From contig NC_015735.1 of the NCBI RefSeq assembly GCF_000219175.1, positions 300,001 to 332,000 on the forward strand: a stretch of DNA of 32,000 bases, written 5' to 3'. The first letter of the stretch is position 1. Each line of letters starts with the position of its first letter. The DNA is from Candidatus Moranella endobia PCIT (GTDB taxonomy: Bacteria; Pseudomonadota; Gammaproteobacteria; Enterobacterales; Enterobacteriaceae). Under the pieces are notes generated by a model, which saw only the letters and a program-made list of their open reading frames with translations, was not told where the DNA came from and did not search any database. The position numbers and the translations under genes are program-made. Below, piece by piece: positions 1-11,590 of this stretch.

Positions 1-871
1 GCAATTCTTTTACTCCTACGGTGAAATATGTTTGCAGATTCAACAGTTTATAGCCGGCGCGAATAACGCTAGTTAAACTTGGTTCTACAAAATCAATTCC
101 CGCCATGAATGTGTTGCGTGCTTCTGTTTTAAGCTTAGCTATATCGGATTCTACCGCGGCACAGATAGTTACCACAATTGACTCCTCAGCCGCGGCGATA
201 GCACGCACTTGCTCAACATAAGGGTTATTGTCAAAACTATTTTCATTGACATTAGTGATGTACATCATTGGTTTGATCGTCAAAAAACTAAGATAGTCGA
301 TTGCCTGTTTCTCATCATTGGATAAATTCAATGTTCGTAGCATACCTGCATTGCTCAGTTGTAACAGGCATTTTTTCAGTGCCGATAGCTCCAACTTAGC
401 ATGATTATCACCACTTTTTGTAAGTTTTTGCACTCTATTAATGGCACGTTCGCATACTTCTAAATCGGATAAAGCAAGCTCGGTGTTAATGACAGCAATA
501 TCTTCTGCCGGATCGATTTTACCAGCCACATGAATTATATTGTCGTTTGTAAAGCAACGCACGACATGTCCAATCGCTTCAGTTGTACGGATATGATTGA
601 GGAACTGGTTGCCTAGACCTTCCCCTTGTGATGCGCCTTTTACCAGACCAGCGATATCGACAAACTCCATGGTTGTTGGTACGATACGCTGCGGTTTGAC
701 AATTTCCGCCAGCTTATCAAGACGGGGATCGGGCATTGGCACCACTCCAGTATTGGGTTGGATAGTACAAAAAGGGAAATTGGCTGCTTTGATTCCTGCT
801 TTAGTTAATGCATTAAACAAGGTTGATTTACCAACGTTGGGTAACCCAACAATACCGCATTTGAAACCCAT
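1..871 (-). CDS. ychF: Ribosome-binding ATPase YchF, first 290 codons; the 3' end lies beyond the window start
   Basis: Reverse-strand ATG at 871-869. I translated the first ~50 codons by hand: [50 protein letters not shown], near-identical to enterobacterial YchF including the GxxxxGKS P-loop. Downstream I read the frame as open to position 1 with continued YchF similarity. It is absent from the ORF track, apparently because no stop lies inside the window. Confidence 0.9.
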   Translation of the reverse strand, partial: MGFKCGIVGLPNVGKSTLFNALTKAGIKAANFPFCTIQPNTGVVPMPDPRLDKLAEIVKPQRIVPTTMEFVDIAGLVKGASQGEGLGNQFLNHIRTTEAIGHVVRCFTNDNIIHVAGKIDPAEDIAVINTELALSDLEVCERAINRVQKLTKSGDNHAKLELSALKKCLLQLSNAGMLRTLNLSNDEKQAIDYLSFLTIKPMMYITNVNENSFDNNPYVEQVRAIAAAEESIVVTICAAVESDIAKLKTEARNTFMAGIDFVEPSLTSVIRAGYKLLNLQTYFTVGVKEL

Positions 872-934
872 AGTTATTTACCTTACATGACCGAATCATA
901 AGTTAATAAATTACGGATAGACATAATTTATCTA

Positions 935-1531
935 TTATTTCACACAAAAATCAAGCTGGTAGGCATGTAAGCGATTAATAGCCTTCTCGGCATTATTATT
1001 AATCATAATCAGTGTGCAATGTATGGCCTCATCGATAGCACCAGCAATCAACTGTAATTCTGTTTTTGGCGGTTGGCTTAGCACAAAGCTAACAACTTTA
1101 TTTTTGGTACCCGGGTGTCCGATACCAATGCGTAGACGGTAGAATTGTGAATTATTACCAAAACTGCTGATAAGATTTTTCAGACCATTATGGCCGCCAT
1201 GACCACCGTCAAGTTTCAACCTCGCACTACCTGGCAATAGATTAAGTTCGTCGTGAGCAACAAGGACTTCCTCAGGTGCAATGTGGTAGAATTTGGCCAT
1301 CGCCATTACCGCTTTACCACTGAGATTCATAAATGTCGTAGGTACTAACAGTAAGACATTTTTATCACGGATGGTCAACTTACCGGTGTATCCGTAGAAT
1401 TTGCTTTCCTTGTTTAACTTTTGATGGTAGTGCTCTGCCAGTAATTCTACATACCAGGCGCCGGCATTGTGGCGGGTAGTAGCGTATTCTTTTCCTGGAT
1501 TGGAAAGGCCAACAATTAATTTGATTGACAC
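935..1531 (-). CDS. pth: Peptidyl-tRNA hydrolase
   Basis: The 198-aa ORF aligns end to end with E. coli Pth ([42 protein letters not shown]-like, [28 protein letters not shown]). It keeps the conserved pth-ychF adjacency. Confidence 0.95.
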   Translation of the reverse strand: MSIKLIVGLSNPGKEYATTRHNAGAWYVELLAEHYHQKLNKESKFYGYTGKLTIRDKNVLLLVPTTFMNLSGKAVMAMAKFYHIAPEEVLVAHDELNLLPGSARLKLDGGHGGHNGLKNLISSFGNNSQFYRLRIGIGHPGTKNKVVSFVLSQPPKTELQLIAGAIDEAIHCTLIMINNNAEKAINRLHAYQLDFCVK

Positions 1532-1719
1532 TTGTTGATCTCATGAGAAATTAATCAAAAAGCTCTCAAAACTCTCAGCAATTATCGTCACCACAGATCT
1601 TATAAACTGTTATAAATAAAATACATGAATTTTTTACTACTTTAGGTTCAGTACTTACTTATACAGTTCATTTGGTATGGCAGATAGTATGTTTTGCCTT
1701 CAACTTTATTATTCTTAAA

Positions 1720-1763
1720 CCTTATGCTTACCCATACCTCATGCCTGGGTAAGCATAAGGTTT
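1720..1763 (-). terminator. Perfect 15-bp hairpin 8 nt downstream of the prs stop; likely intrinsic terminator
   Basis: CCTTATGCTTACCCA (1720-1734), an 11-nt loop, then TGGGTAAGCATAAGG (1746-1760). On the minus strand it is followed by TTTAAGAATAATAAAG and on the plus strand by TTTGGTTATT. The T-tract is short, so termination efficiency is uncertain. Confidence 0.5.
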
Positions 1764-1768
1764 GGTTA

Positions 1769-2716
1769 TTAATACTCGAACATAGCTGATATTGATTCTT
1801 CGTTGTTTATTCGGCGGATTGCCTCTGCCAGCATTCCGGATAACGTCAAGGTACGCACATTGGTCAATGCTTGGATGGAAGTATCTAGCGGAATCGTGTC
1901 GCAGACAATTACTTCATCGATCAAAGAATTTTTGATATTTTCATATGCCTGGCCTGAAAAAATTGGATGTGTAGCATAGGCAAATACCCTTTTAGCACCG
2001 CGCTCTTTCAATGCTTCGGTTGCTTTACACAGGGTACCTCCGGTATCAATTATATCGTCAACTAGCACGCAGTCGCGATTTTCTACATCGCCAATGATAT
2101 GCATCACCTGCGACAGGTTGGCTCTAGGGCGGCGCTTATCAATAATCGCCATATCGGTATCATGGAGCATCTTAGCTATCGCTCGTGCTCGTACTACACC
2201 ACCAATATCTGGAGAAACAATAATAGGATTTTCCAACTCCTTCTGTAGCAGATCTTCGAATATTATCTTGCTACCGAAAACGTTATCAACAGGTACATCA
2301 AAGAAGCCCTGAATCTGTTCAGCGTGTAGATCGACAGTTAAAACACGGTCAATACCTACTCGTGACAGAAAATCAGCTATTACTTTGGCGGTAATTGGGA
2401 CGCGATTGGAACGGACACGTCGATCTTGACGTGCATATCCAAAGTAAGGTATGATAGCGGTGATCCGGCCAGCAGAAGCACGGCGCAACGCATCTACCAT
2501 AATTACTAATTCCATCAGGTTTTCATTGGTAGGTACGCAAGTGGATTGGATAATAAAAATATCACCACCACGGACGTTTTCATTTATTTGAACATTTATT
2601 TCGCCATCACTAAACCGGCTAACTGTAGCCTTGCCAAGACTAGTATATAAGCATTTAGTAATACGTTGTGCTAGTTTCGGGGTAGCGTTTCCAGCAAAAA
2701 TTTTAATACCTTGCAC
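1769..2716 (-). CDS. prs: Ribose-phosphate pyrophosphokinase (PRPP synthetase)
   Basis: Near-identical to E. coli Prs ([74 protein letters not shown]). The ORF-track start at 2767 adds 17 non-homologous residues. GTG at 2716-2714 is preceded by GAGG 8 nt upstream and gives the canonical 315-aa length. Confidence 0.92.
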   Translation of the reverse strand: MQGIKIFAGNATPKLAQRITKCLYTSLGKATVSRFSDGEINVQINENVRGGDIFIIQSTCVPTNENLMELVIMVDALRRASAGRITAIIPYFGYARQDRRVRSNRVPITAKVIADFLSRVGIDRVLTVDLHAEQIQGFFDVPVDNVFGSKIIFEDLLQKELENPIIVSPDIGGVVRARAIAKMLHDTDMAIIDKRRPRANLSQVMHIIGDVENRDCVLVDDIIDTGGTLCKATEALKERGAKRVFAYATHPIFSGQAYENIKNSLIDEVIVCDTIPLDTSIQALTNVRTLTLSGMLAEAIRRINNEESISAMFEY

Positions 2717-2922
2717 GAGAACAACCTCATTGTATCCAGAGAGAATATTGCGCCAGTTTGACACCATCTTCCCTGTGCCGCTTGCATCAGGTATAATACT
2801 ATCATATCATTTTGCTTAGTAAAGCTAAACAATTGCTGCCGGTAGCCAAATACAATCGATTATATGTGTTATAATCAATTCTTATATTGTATGCACAACG
2901 CACAACAATAAATATATCAATC

Positions 2923-4005
2923 ATGAAGTTATCGATAGTTGCAAAATTAGAGTCATTGCGAGAGCGCCTTGAAGAAGTGAAAGTGCTATTAGGCGATTCC
3001 AGCATAATTTTTGATCAAAAGCGTTTTCGTGTCTTATCGAAGGAATACGCGCAGCTATCAGAGGTTTCAAGTTATTTTCAACGATGGCGTCAGGTACAAA
3101 AAGATATTAACATGGCAGAATATCTGTTACAAGAGCCTGACATGCGCGAGATGGCTAAAGATGAACTGCAGTCCTATCGTACTCAACAAGAAATACTGGA
3201 ACAGCAGTTACAGTTGTTACTGCTACCAAAAGATATCAACGATGAAAGAGGCTGCTTCCTTGAGGTGCGTGCTGGCACCGGGGGTAATGAAGCAGCGTTG
3301 TTCGCTGGCGTTTTATTTCGCATGTACAGCCGTTTTGCTGAAACAAACCACTGGAAATTGGAGATAGTCAGCACAAGCGAAGGCGAGCACGGTGGCTTCA
3401 AAGAGGTTATAGCCAAGGTAGCTCATGAAGGAGCATACGGTGTACTAAAATTTGAATCCGGTGGACATCGCGTTCAGCGAGTACCAGAAACAGAATCCCA
3501 GGGACGCATTCATACTTCAGCTTGCACAGTAGCGGTAATTCCGGAGATACCATATGCTGAAATGCCAGAAATAAACAATGGAGATCTGCGTATTGATACC
3601 TTTCGCTCCTCCGGAGCAGGAGGTCAACATGTTAACACCACCGACTCAGCTATCCGCATTACTCATTTACCAACCGGGTTGGTAGTAGAATGCCAGGACG
3701 AACGCTCTCAACATAAAAATAAAGCCAAGGCTATAGCAGTGCTAGGAGCACGTTTACGCGCCGCCGAAATTCAGCGCCGTCAGCAAAAAGAAACATCAAC
3801 ACGCCGGAATCTGCTGGGCAGTGGTGATCGCTCCGATCGTATTCGCACGTATAATTTTCCACAGGGGCGGGTGACTGATCACCGCATAGGTTTGACCATA
3901 TACCGGTTGGAGGAAGTTATTGAAGGTAAGCTAGATATGTTAATTCAACCAATAATGCAAGAGCACCAGGCAGATCAGCTAGCAGCTTTGTCTGAGATGC
4001 TCTAA
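2923..4005 (+). CDS. prfA: Peptide chain release factor 1
   Basis: [19 protein letters not shown] aligns with the E. coli RF1 N-terminus. The PxT-type recognition region, the GGQ motif ([21 protein letters not shown]) and the C-terminal [13 protein letters not shown] are present. ATG at 2923 gives 360 aa; the ORF-track start at 2887 is an upstream in-frame extension. Confidence 0.95.
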   Translation: MKLSIVAKLESLRERLEEVKVLLGDSSIIFDQKRFRVLSKEYAQLSEVSSYFQRWRQVQKDINMAEYLLQEPDMREMAKDELQSYRTQQEILEQQLQLLLLPKDINDERGCFLEVRAGTGGNEAALFAGVLFRMYSRFAETNHWKLEIVSTSEGEHGGFKEVIAKVAHEGAYGVLKFESGGHRVQRVPETESQGRIHTSACTVAVIPEIPYAEMPEINNGDLRIDTFRSSGAGGQHVNTTDSAIRITHLPTGLVVECQDERSQHKNKAKAIAVLGARLRAAEIQRRQQKETSTRRNLLGSGDRSDRIRTYNFPQGRVTDHRIGLTIYRLEEVIEGKLDMLIQPIMQEHQADQLAALSEML

Positions 4006-4014
4006 TCTAGAATA

Positions 4015-4857
4015 ATGACTTGGCAACAATGGATGAAACAGGCTATCAGCCGCCTAAGCATTTCGTTAACCTTTAGTGCTAAGCAAGATGCAGAAATACT
4101 ATTGGCGCATGTTACTAGTGCTACACGCTCTCGGCTACTAGCTTTTGGTGAAACTATATTAACAGAAGCACAATACTCTATGCTGGAAGCATTGTTAACA
4201 CGTCGTGAACAGGGCGAACCGGTGGCTTATCTAACTGGTACACGCGAATTTTGGTCTTTGCCATTGCGTGTATCAACCGATACTTTGATTCCACGACCTG
4301 ATACTGAATGTTTAGTACAGAGCGCGCTAGATCTATTGTCGAACGCCCCAGCCAAGGTACTAGATTTAGGCACCGGCAACGGTGCGATAGCACTAGCGTT
4401 GGCATCGGAACGTCCGGCATGGCAAATAACCGGCGTAGATCGATTACATGCCGCAGTTGCACTCGCTCGTGATAACGCCAATCGCTTAGAATTAAGTAAT
4501 GTGCATTTTTGCGTCAGTGACTGGTATAAAAAATTAAATATGCAATGCTATAGTCTTATTGTTAGTAATCCACCTTATATTGAAGCGGATGATCCGCATC
4601 TGATGGGAGACATACGTTTCGAACCGCGCAGTGCTTTAGTAGGTGGAGAGAGCGGCCTTGAGAATTTAGCAGCTATTTGTCGTGGGGTTGGTTCGCATTT
4701 GCTACCTGGCGGCTGGCTTGTTCTAGAGCATGGCTGGCGTCAGGGTTCCGCCGTGCGCAACTTGCTTGCTGCTGCAGGTTTAGGTAAGATCTATACCATA
4801 AGAGATTATGGAAATAATGAACGAGTTAGTCAGGGACAGCAGTTGCCAATAATGTAA
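4015..4857 (+). CDS. prmC: Release factor glutamine N5-methyltransferase PrmC (HemK)
   Basis: The 280-aa ORF starts 9 nt after prfA, the conserved prfA-prmC order. It carries the SAM motif LDLGTG.GAIALALA, the catalytic NPPY (VSNPPYI) and EP..AL / LEHG blocks as in E. coli PrmC. Confidence 0.92.
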   Translation: MTWQQWMKQAISRLSISLTFSAKQDAEILLAHVTSATRSRLLAFGETILTEAQYSMLEALLTRREQGEPVAYLTGTREFWSLPLRVSTDTLIPRPDTECLVQSALDLLSNAPAKVLDLGTGNGAIALALASERPAWQITGVDRLHAAVALARDNANRLELSNVHFCVSDWYKKLNMQCYSLIVSNPPYIEADDPHLMGDIRFEPRSALVGGESGLENLAAICRGVGSHLLPGGWLVLEHGWRQGSAVRNLLAAAGLGKIYTIRDYGNNERVSQGQQLPIM

Positions 4858-5059
4858 CTACAAGGTAACAATTCAAAGTTTATCAAATTTTATTACTGTG
4901 GTCAATAGTGTCTATAAGCTAAAAAAACAACTTTCTGATTGAGGATAGTAATGTTCAATTTGCGCTCTTTGAAAGGAATTTATTATTTTAGTGGTTATTA
5001 TCTATCAACCATAATCAGATCGATTAAATAATCTTTGAAGAGGATTTATTCCCATTTCG

Positions 5060-5845
5060 TTAGTCAAGTATAGTGGAAAGTATAGTTTTTACTATGCGAG
5101 GATTACCGGCGACAATATCACCAGAACGTAAATGATAATTTCTGCCCGCAAAATCGGTAACCAAACCACCAGCCTCACGCACTAGCCGTTCACCACTAGC
5201 AAAATCACATGGATTAAGGCTGATTTCAAACAAACCATCTACACGACCGGCAGCAACATATGCCAAATCCAGTACAGCCGATCCAGTGCTACGAAAATCT
5301 GCACACTTAACTAATAGTTTTCTTACTAGGGTCATATAGCCAATATTGTTGGCATGCTGTTTTTGCTTATAGTGAAAAGCGATTGCCAAAATGGTATCAT
5401 CTAGATGGTGTGCGGTACCTACGCGCAGACGATAGCCGTTCAACTGGGCTCCCTGGCCTCTAGAAGCAGTGAACAGCTCATTTCGCATAGGATCATAAAC
5501 TACAGCCACTTCCGTATAGCCTTTTATCCGTACAGCAATAGAAACAGCAAAGTGAGGAAAACGCTTAATAAAATTTGTTGTCCCATCTAATGGGTCGATA
5601 ATCCATTGTATATTAGTATTTTCAACTTCAAGCTCACCACTATTGTTGATAACAATTGAGTGTTGCGAGTAGAATTTACGAATCAGGTCAACAATAACAT
5701 GTTCCAATTTAGTGTTGATGTTAGTGACAAAATTATTGTTGTATTTTTTACTGGCTTCGATGGTATCAAAGTTTTCATAACTTTTAGCAATTAAATTACC
5801 CGCCATTCGCGCAGCGCGAATGGCGATATTAAGCATCGGCTGCAT
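5060..5845 (-). CDS. suhB: Inositol monophosphatase family protein SuhB
   Basis: MQPMLNIAIRAARMAGNLIAKSYE, WIIDPLDGTTNFIKR.PHFAVSIAVRIKG.TEVAVVYDP.RNELFTA.RGQGAQLNGYRLR and AAGRVDG are almost identical to E. coli SuhB. Confidence 0.93.
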   Translation of the reverse strand: MQPMLNIAIRAARMAGNLIAKSYENFDTIEASKKYNNNFVTNINTKLEHVIVDLIRKFYSQHSIVINNSGELEVENTNIQWIIDPLDGTTNFIKRFPHFAVSIAVRIKGYTEVAVVYDPMRNELFTASRGQGAQLNGYRLRVGTAHHLDDTILAIAFHYKQKQHANNIGYMTLVRKLLVKCADFRSTGSAVLDLAYVAAGRVDGLFEISLNPCDFASGERLVREAGGLVTDFAGRNYHLRSGDIVAGNPRIVKTILSTILD

Positions 5846-6120
5846 GTATATCTTCCATAAGCTAATAAAATTACTAATTATAACAAAAAGTTAGCAAAAG
5901 AATTAAACTTCTGTCCTATTGCCTATCTTGGATCTAACTTATAACATTACCAATACTTATTGATAAACTATCGCTCTATCTAATTATTCAACTATTAGGT
6001 TGATTTATAACCGCAATCATTAAAAGGACAAAACAGTGTCGAATGTATTTGAAACGAGTTGATAGCTTTAGCTAAAAAAAATAACAGATACGAAAGTTGT
6101 TAAATAGTATATTATATATC

Positions 6121-6150
6121 ATCTATCACTGCTTAAAAGCAGTGATAGAT
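6121..6150. repeat. Perfect 14-bp inverted repeat (hairpin) in the suhB-iscS spacer
   Basis: ATCTATCACTGCTT AA AAGCAGTGATAGAT, with no mismatches. It is embedded in a very AT-rich, ORF-free spacer. Confidence 0.8.
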
Positions 6151-6536
6151 TATTAAGTGGTTACTTAACTGAAGAGATTAGTCTGTGCTACTCGCATAAA
6201 AAAAGGTAATATTTATTATATTTGGTATGTTAACCATTCATTGTTATCTCATTGGCTTAAATATAAATTGGTAGTCACCAACTAATATAATAGCGATAGT
6301 TATTTACTGTATCAGTACTTTCATCATAGTTTTAACTAAATTAATAGATGTAACCAGTTATCAGGTAGTACTATCAAGCATGAAAACAATAAGATGAACA
6401 ATTAACGTAGTTGAACTAGTGATAAATATTACAGCAAATAGTTAACCATAATAAACGATTCATGACTAAATCTTAAACCTACTTGATTTAGTGCAAGGCG
6501 TCTTTTGTTATTTTTGATGCCTGGAGATAACGAATC

Positions 6537-7736
6537 ATGAAATTACCGATTTATCTTGATTACTCAGCTACTACTCCGGTTGACCCAAGAGTAGCAGAAA
6601 AGATGATGCAGTATCTTACACTTGATGGAATCTTTGGTAATCCTGCTTCCCGTTCCCACCGTTATGGCTGGCAAGCGGAAGAAGCAGTCGATATTGCGCG
6701 TAATTATATCGCCGCACTTGTTGGTACTGATTCTCGAGAAATTATATTTACTTCCGGTGCTACTGAGTCTGATAATCTCGCCCTGAAAGGGGCTGCTTAC
6801 GCTAATCGCGCTCAAGGTAACCATATTATTACTGCATTAACTGAGCATAAATCGGTTATAGATACTTGTCAGTATTTGGAAAAAGAAGGCTTCATGGTCA
6901 CTTGGTTAGTTCCGCTAGCTAACGGTATCGTTACCCCACAGCAATTGAGTAATGCTATCCGTGATGACACAATTCTGGTGTCATTAATGCACGTTAACAA
7001 CGAAACTGGCGTAATTCAGGATATCGCAGCCTTTGGTAAACTTTGCCGCGCCAGCGGGGCATTATTCCATGTAGATGCTAGTCAAAGCGTGGGCAAATTG
7101 CCCATTAATCTAGCCACATTGCCAGTCGACTTTATGTCGTTTAGCAGCCATAAAGTTTATGGACCGAAAGGTATCGGCGCTTTATTCGTTCGTCGTAAAC
7201 CATGGGTTCGAATCAATGCACAAATTCATGGTGGTGGTCAAGAACTAGGTCTGCGCTCCGGAACACTACCTGTGCATCAAATTGTCGGTATGGGAGAAGC
7301 TTATAATATCGCAGCGCAAGTTATAGCGAATGAAATGCCGTTTCTACGGGCACTACGCGACCAACTGTATCATGGATTACAGCATAATATCGATGGTGTT
7401 AATGTTAATGGCGACTTACAACAGGGTGTAGCAACTATTCTGAATATTAGCTTACGTGATATGGAAAGTGATTCCCTTATGATAGCATTGAAGGATCTAG
7501 CAGTATCTACAGGCTCTGCCTGTACTTCCGCCCACCTGGAGCCGTCTCATGTCTTACGCGCCATGAAGTTGTATAATGTTGATAATGTACTTACCAACAA
7601 CTCCATTCGTTTCTCTTTGGGACGTTTTACCACACAGGAAGAAATAGACTACACTATTAAACACACCAGAACAGTTATTACGCAACTACGCAAACAAAAA
7701 AATTTAGTTGACGCAGTATTTAGCCGAACAATCTAA
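6537..7736 (+). CDS. iscS: Cysteine desulfurase IscS
   Basis: [25 protein letters not shown] is identical to the E. coli IscS N-terminus. The PLP lysine context [16 protein letters not shown] and the catalytic Cys loop STGSACTS are present. GGAG lies 10 nt upstream of the ATG. The last ~25 residues do not align with E. coli IscS. Confidence 0.93.
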   Translation: MKLPIYLDYSATTPVDPRVAEKMMQYLTLDGIFGNPASRSHRYGWQAEEAVDIARNYIAALVGTDSREIIFTSGATESDNLALKGAAYANRAQGNHIITALTEHKSVIDTCQYLEKEGFMVTWLVPLANGIVTPQQLSNAIRDDTILVSLMHVNNETGVIQDIAAFGKLCRASGALFHVDASQSVGKLPINLATLPVDFMSFSSHKVYGPKGIGALFVRRKPWVRINAQIHGGGQELGLRSGTLPVHQIVGMGEAYNIAAQVIANEMPFLRALRDQLYHGLQHNIDGVNVNGDLQQGVATILNISLRDMESDSLMIALKDLAVSTGSACTSAHLEPSHVLRAMKLYNVDNVLTNNSIRFSLGRFTTQEEIDYTIKHTRTVITQLRKQKNLVDAVFSRTI

Positions 7737-7856
7737 ATTCCATTCTAGCTAACTTATATGCCAGCCACTACATGCTAACCTATTCAAACTTGGCCTGGTT
7801 GATTTACTAATTTGTGTTAAATTGCACCACTTAACACTAATTTAAGTATTTATTTC

Positions 7857-7884
7857 TTGTCAACGACAAGTAAGTATCTATAAT
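7857..7884 (+). promoter_or_regulatory. rrn P1-like sigma70 promoter for the tRNA-Glu/23S/5S/tRNA-Asp unit
   Basis: -35 TTGTCA (7857-7862), a 16-nt spacer, then -10 TATAAT (7879-7884). These are the same hexamers and spacing as E. coli rrnB P1. An A/T-rich UP-like tract (about 7835-7856) precedes it. It sits about 110 nt upstream of tRNA-Glu. Confidence 0.55.
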
Positions 7885-7907
7885 ATGTTATCAATAAACG
7901 TAGTAAT

Positions 7908-7920
7908 TGCTCTTCTAAAA
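7908..7920 (+). promoter_or_regulatory. Possible leader boxA-like antitermination element
   Basis: TGCTCTTCTAAAA matches the boxA consensus TGCTCTTTAACAA at 10 of 13 positions. It lies between the putative promoter and tRNA-Glu. Confidence 0.3.
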
Positions 7921-7997
7921 TAGTTCCACTAGTTAGTGGAGTCATGCGAAGATACAAATGATAATGGTGTTAATCTAAATATTAGCGTATATAATAT

Positions 7998-8070
7998 GTC
8001 CCCTTCGTCTAGGGGTCTAGGACACCGCCCTTTCACGGCGGTAACAGGGGTTCGAACCCCCTAGGGGACG
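7998..8070 (+). tRNA. gltT-like: tRNA-Glu (anticodon UUC); 3' CCA not encoded
   Basis: GTCCCCTTCGTCTAGGGGTCTAGGACACCGCCCTTTCACGGCGGTAACAGGGGTTCGAACCCCCTAGGGGACG is nearly identical to E. coli tRNA-Glu. The anticodon loop is CTTTCAC. It is followed by CTA rather than CCA. Confidence 0.95.
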
Positions 8071-8159
8071 CTACTTAAGGCACTAATAAATGGGCTGTTA
8101 TCAACAGCTACTAGTTTAGCTTAGCATTAGCATAAAAATGTAATATTTTGTAAGTATTT

Positions 8160-8172
8160 TGTTCTTTAACAA
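8160..8172 (+). promoter_or_regulatory. boxA antitermination element in the tRNA-Glu/23S spacer
   Basis: TGTTCTTTAACAA matches the consensus TGCTCTTTAACAA at 12 of 13 positions, at the position expected for the spacer boxA of enterobacterial rrn operons. Confidence 0.55.
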
Positions 8173-8240
8173 TCTGGAATAAACTAGACATGAGGTAAAA
8201 ACTTAGTATGCGTATGCTATGCGCATATTTATTTATCAAT

Positions 8241-8278
8241 GTCGATCCAAGTCGATCCAATAACCAAGAACCAAGTTC
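8241..8278. repeat. Adjacent tandem micro-duplications (10 bp x2, 7 bp x2)
   Basis: GTCGATCCAA GTCGATCCAA (8241-8260) is followed by T AACCAAG AACCAAG. Read directly from the sequence. Confidence 0.85.
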
Positions 8279-8297
8279 TCAAACCTGAAAAAAAGAC

Positions 8298-8316
8298 AAA
8301 CAGCTCAGGGTTGTGA

Positions 8317-8323
<7 letters not shown>
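8298..8323 (+). other. 5' half of the 23S precursor processing stem (RNase III-type)
   Basis: AAACAGCTCAGGGTTGTGAGGTTAAG is complementary to CTTAACCTTACAACACCTAAGCTGTTT at 11225-11251, apart from one bulge and G-U pairs. The pairing encloses both 23S termini. Confidence 0.7.
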
Positions 8324-11224
<2,901 letters not shown>

Positions 11225-11233
<9 letters not shown>

Positions 11234-11251
11234 ACAACACCTAAGCTGTTT
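11225..11251 (+). other. 3' half of the 23S precursor processing stem
   Basis: This is the complement of 8298-8323; see that feature. Confidence 0.7.
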
Positions 11252-11327
11252 GAGAGCGCAATTGACAACTTGGAGAAGTATGTTCTGGATTATTCATGAT
11301 GCTGATTGTAGCAAAAGCAAAAGAATT

Positions 11328-11447
11328 TGCCTGGCGGCATTAGCGCGGTGGTACCACCTGACCCCATGCCGAACTCAGAAGTGAAACGCCGTAGTGCCGA
11401 TGGTAGTGTGGGGTTTCCCCATGCGAGAGTAGGGAACTGCCAGGCAA
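11328..11447 (+). rRNA. rrf: 5S ribosomal RNA
   Basis: TGCCTGGCGGCATTAGCGCGGTGGTACCACCTGACCCCATGCCGAACTCAGAAGTGAAACGCCGTAGTGCCGATGGTAGTGTGGGGTTTCCCCATGCGAGAGTAGGGAACTGCCAGGCA. The 120 nt are near-identical to E. coli 5S. Confidence 0.97.
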
Positions 11448-11471
11448 CTAAGATAGATAATTTAGTTTAGT

Positions 11472-11548
11472 GGTGCGGTAGTTCAGTTGGTTAGAATACC
11501 GGCCTGTCACGTCGGGGGTCGCGGGTTCAAATCCCGTCCGCACCGCCA
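11472..11548 (+). tRNA. aspT-like: tRNA-Asp (anticodon GUC), CCA encoded
   Basis: GGTGCGGTAGTTCAGTTGGTTAGAATACCGGCCTGTCACGTCGGGGGTCGCGGGTTCAAATCCCGTCCGCACCGCCA. It shows the cloverleaf and the CTGTCAC anticodon loop as in E. coli tRNA-Asp. It sits distal to 5S, as in E. coli rrnC, rrnG and rrnH. Confidence 0.95.
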
Positions 11549-11590
11549 TGCTTTGAATCTAAATTATAGATCTATAGTTATTATAGTTCT

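Noticed and set aside
597-890. 97-aa plus-strand ORF from the ORF track
   Set aside because: It lies entirely antisense to the well-supported ychF coding region. It has no homology signal and shows antisense-type composition.
2717-2767. N-terminal extensions implied by the ORF-track starts for prs, and likewise for prfA (2887), acpS (11980), pdxJ (12729), clpB (15301), holD (19402) and lgt (22127)
   Set aside because: The extensions have no counterpart in the orthologs. Downstream starts align with the known N-termini and mostly have better SD spacing. The pdxJ extension would overlap clpB.
4951-5031. 26-codon sORF (MFNLRSLKGIYYFSGYYLSTIIRSIK) with GAGGA 5 nt upstream, in the prmC-suhB spacer
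   Set aside because: It has a good SD by eye, but it lies in AT-rich DNA where such sORFs arise by chance. It has no recognisable family and no terminator. Without Ribo-seq or conservation data it cannot be called a gene.
6095-6125. AT-rich quasi-palindrome (GTTAAATAGTATATTATATATC), considered as a dif or XerCD site
   Set aside because: Alignment to the enterobacterial dif consensus (GGTGCGCATAATGTATATTATGTTAAAT) in either orientation matches only scattered positions. The GC-rich XerC arm is absent.
7990-7995. Second TATAAT immediately upstream of tRNA-Glu, considered as a possible P2 promoter
   Set aside because: The implied TSS would fall inside the mature tRNA, and there is no acceptable -35 at 16-18 bp (GTGTTA / TTAATC).
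8241-8260. Tandem direct repeats, considered as a possible CRISPR or minisatellite
   Set aside because: There are only two 10-bp copies with no spacers. They sit within an rRNA operon spacer, consistent with simple slippage duplication.
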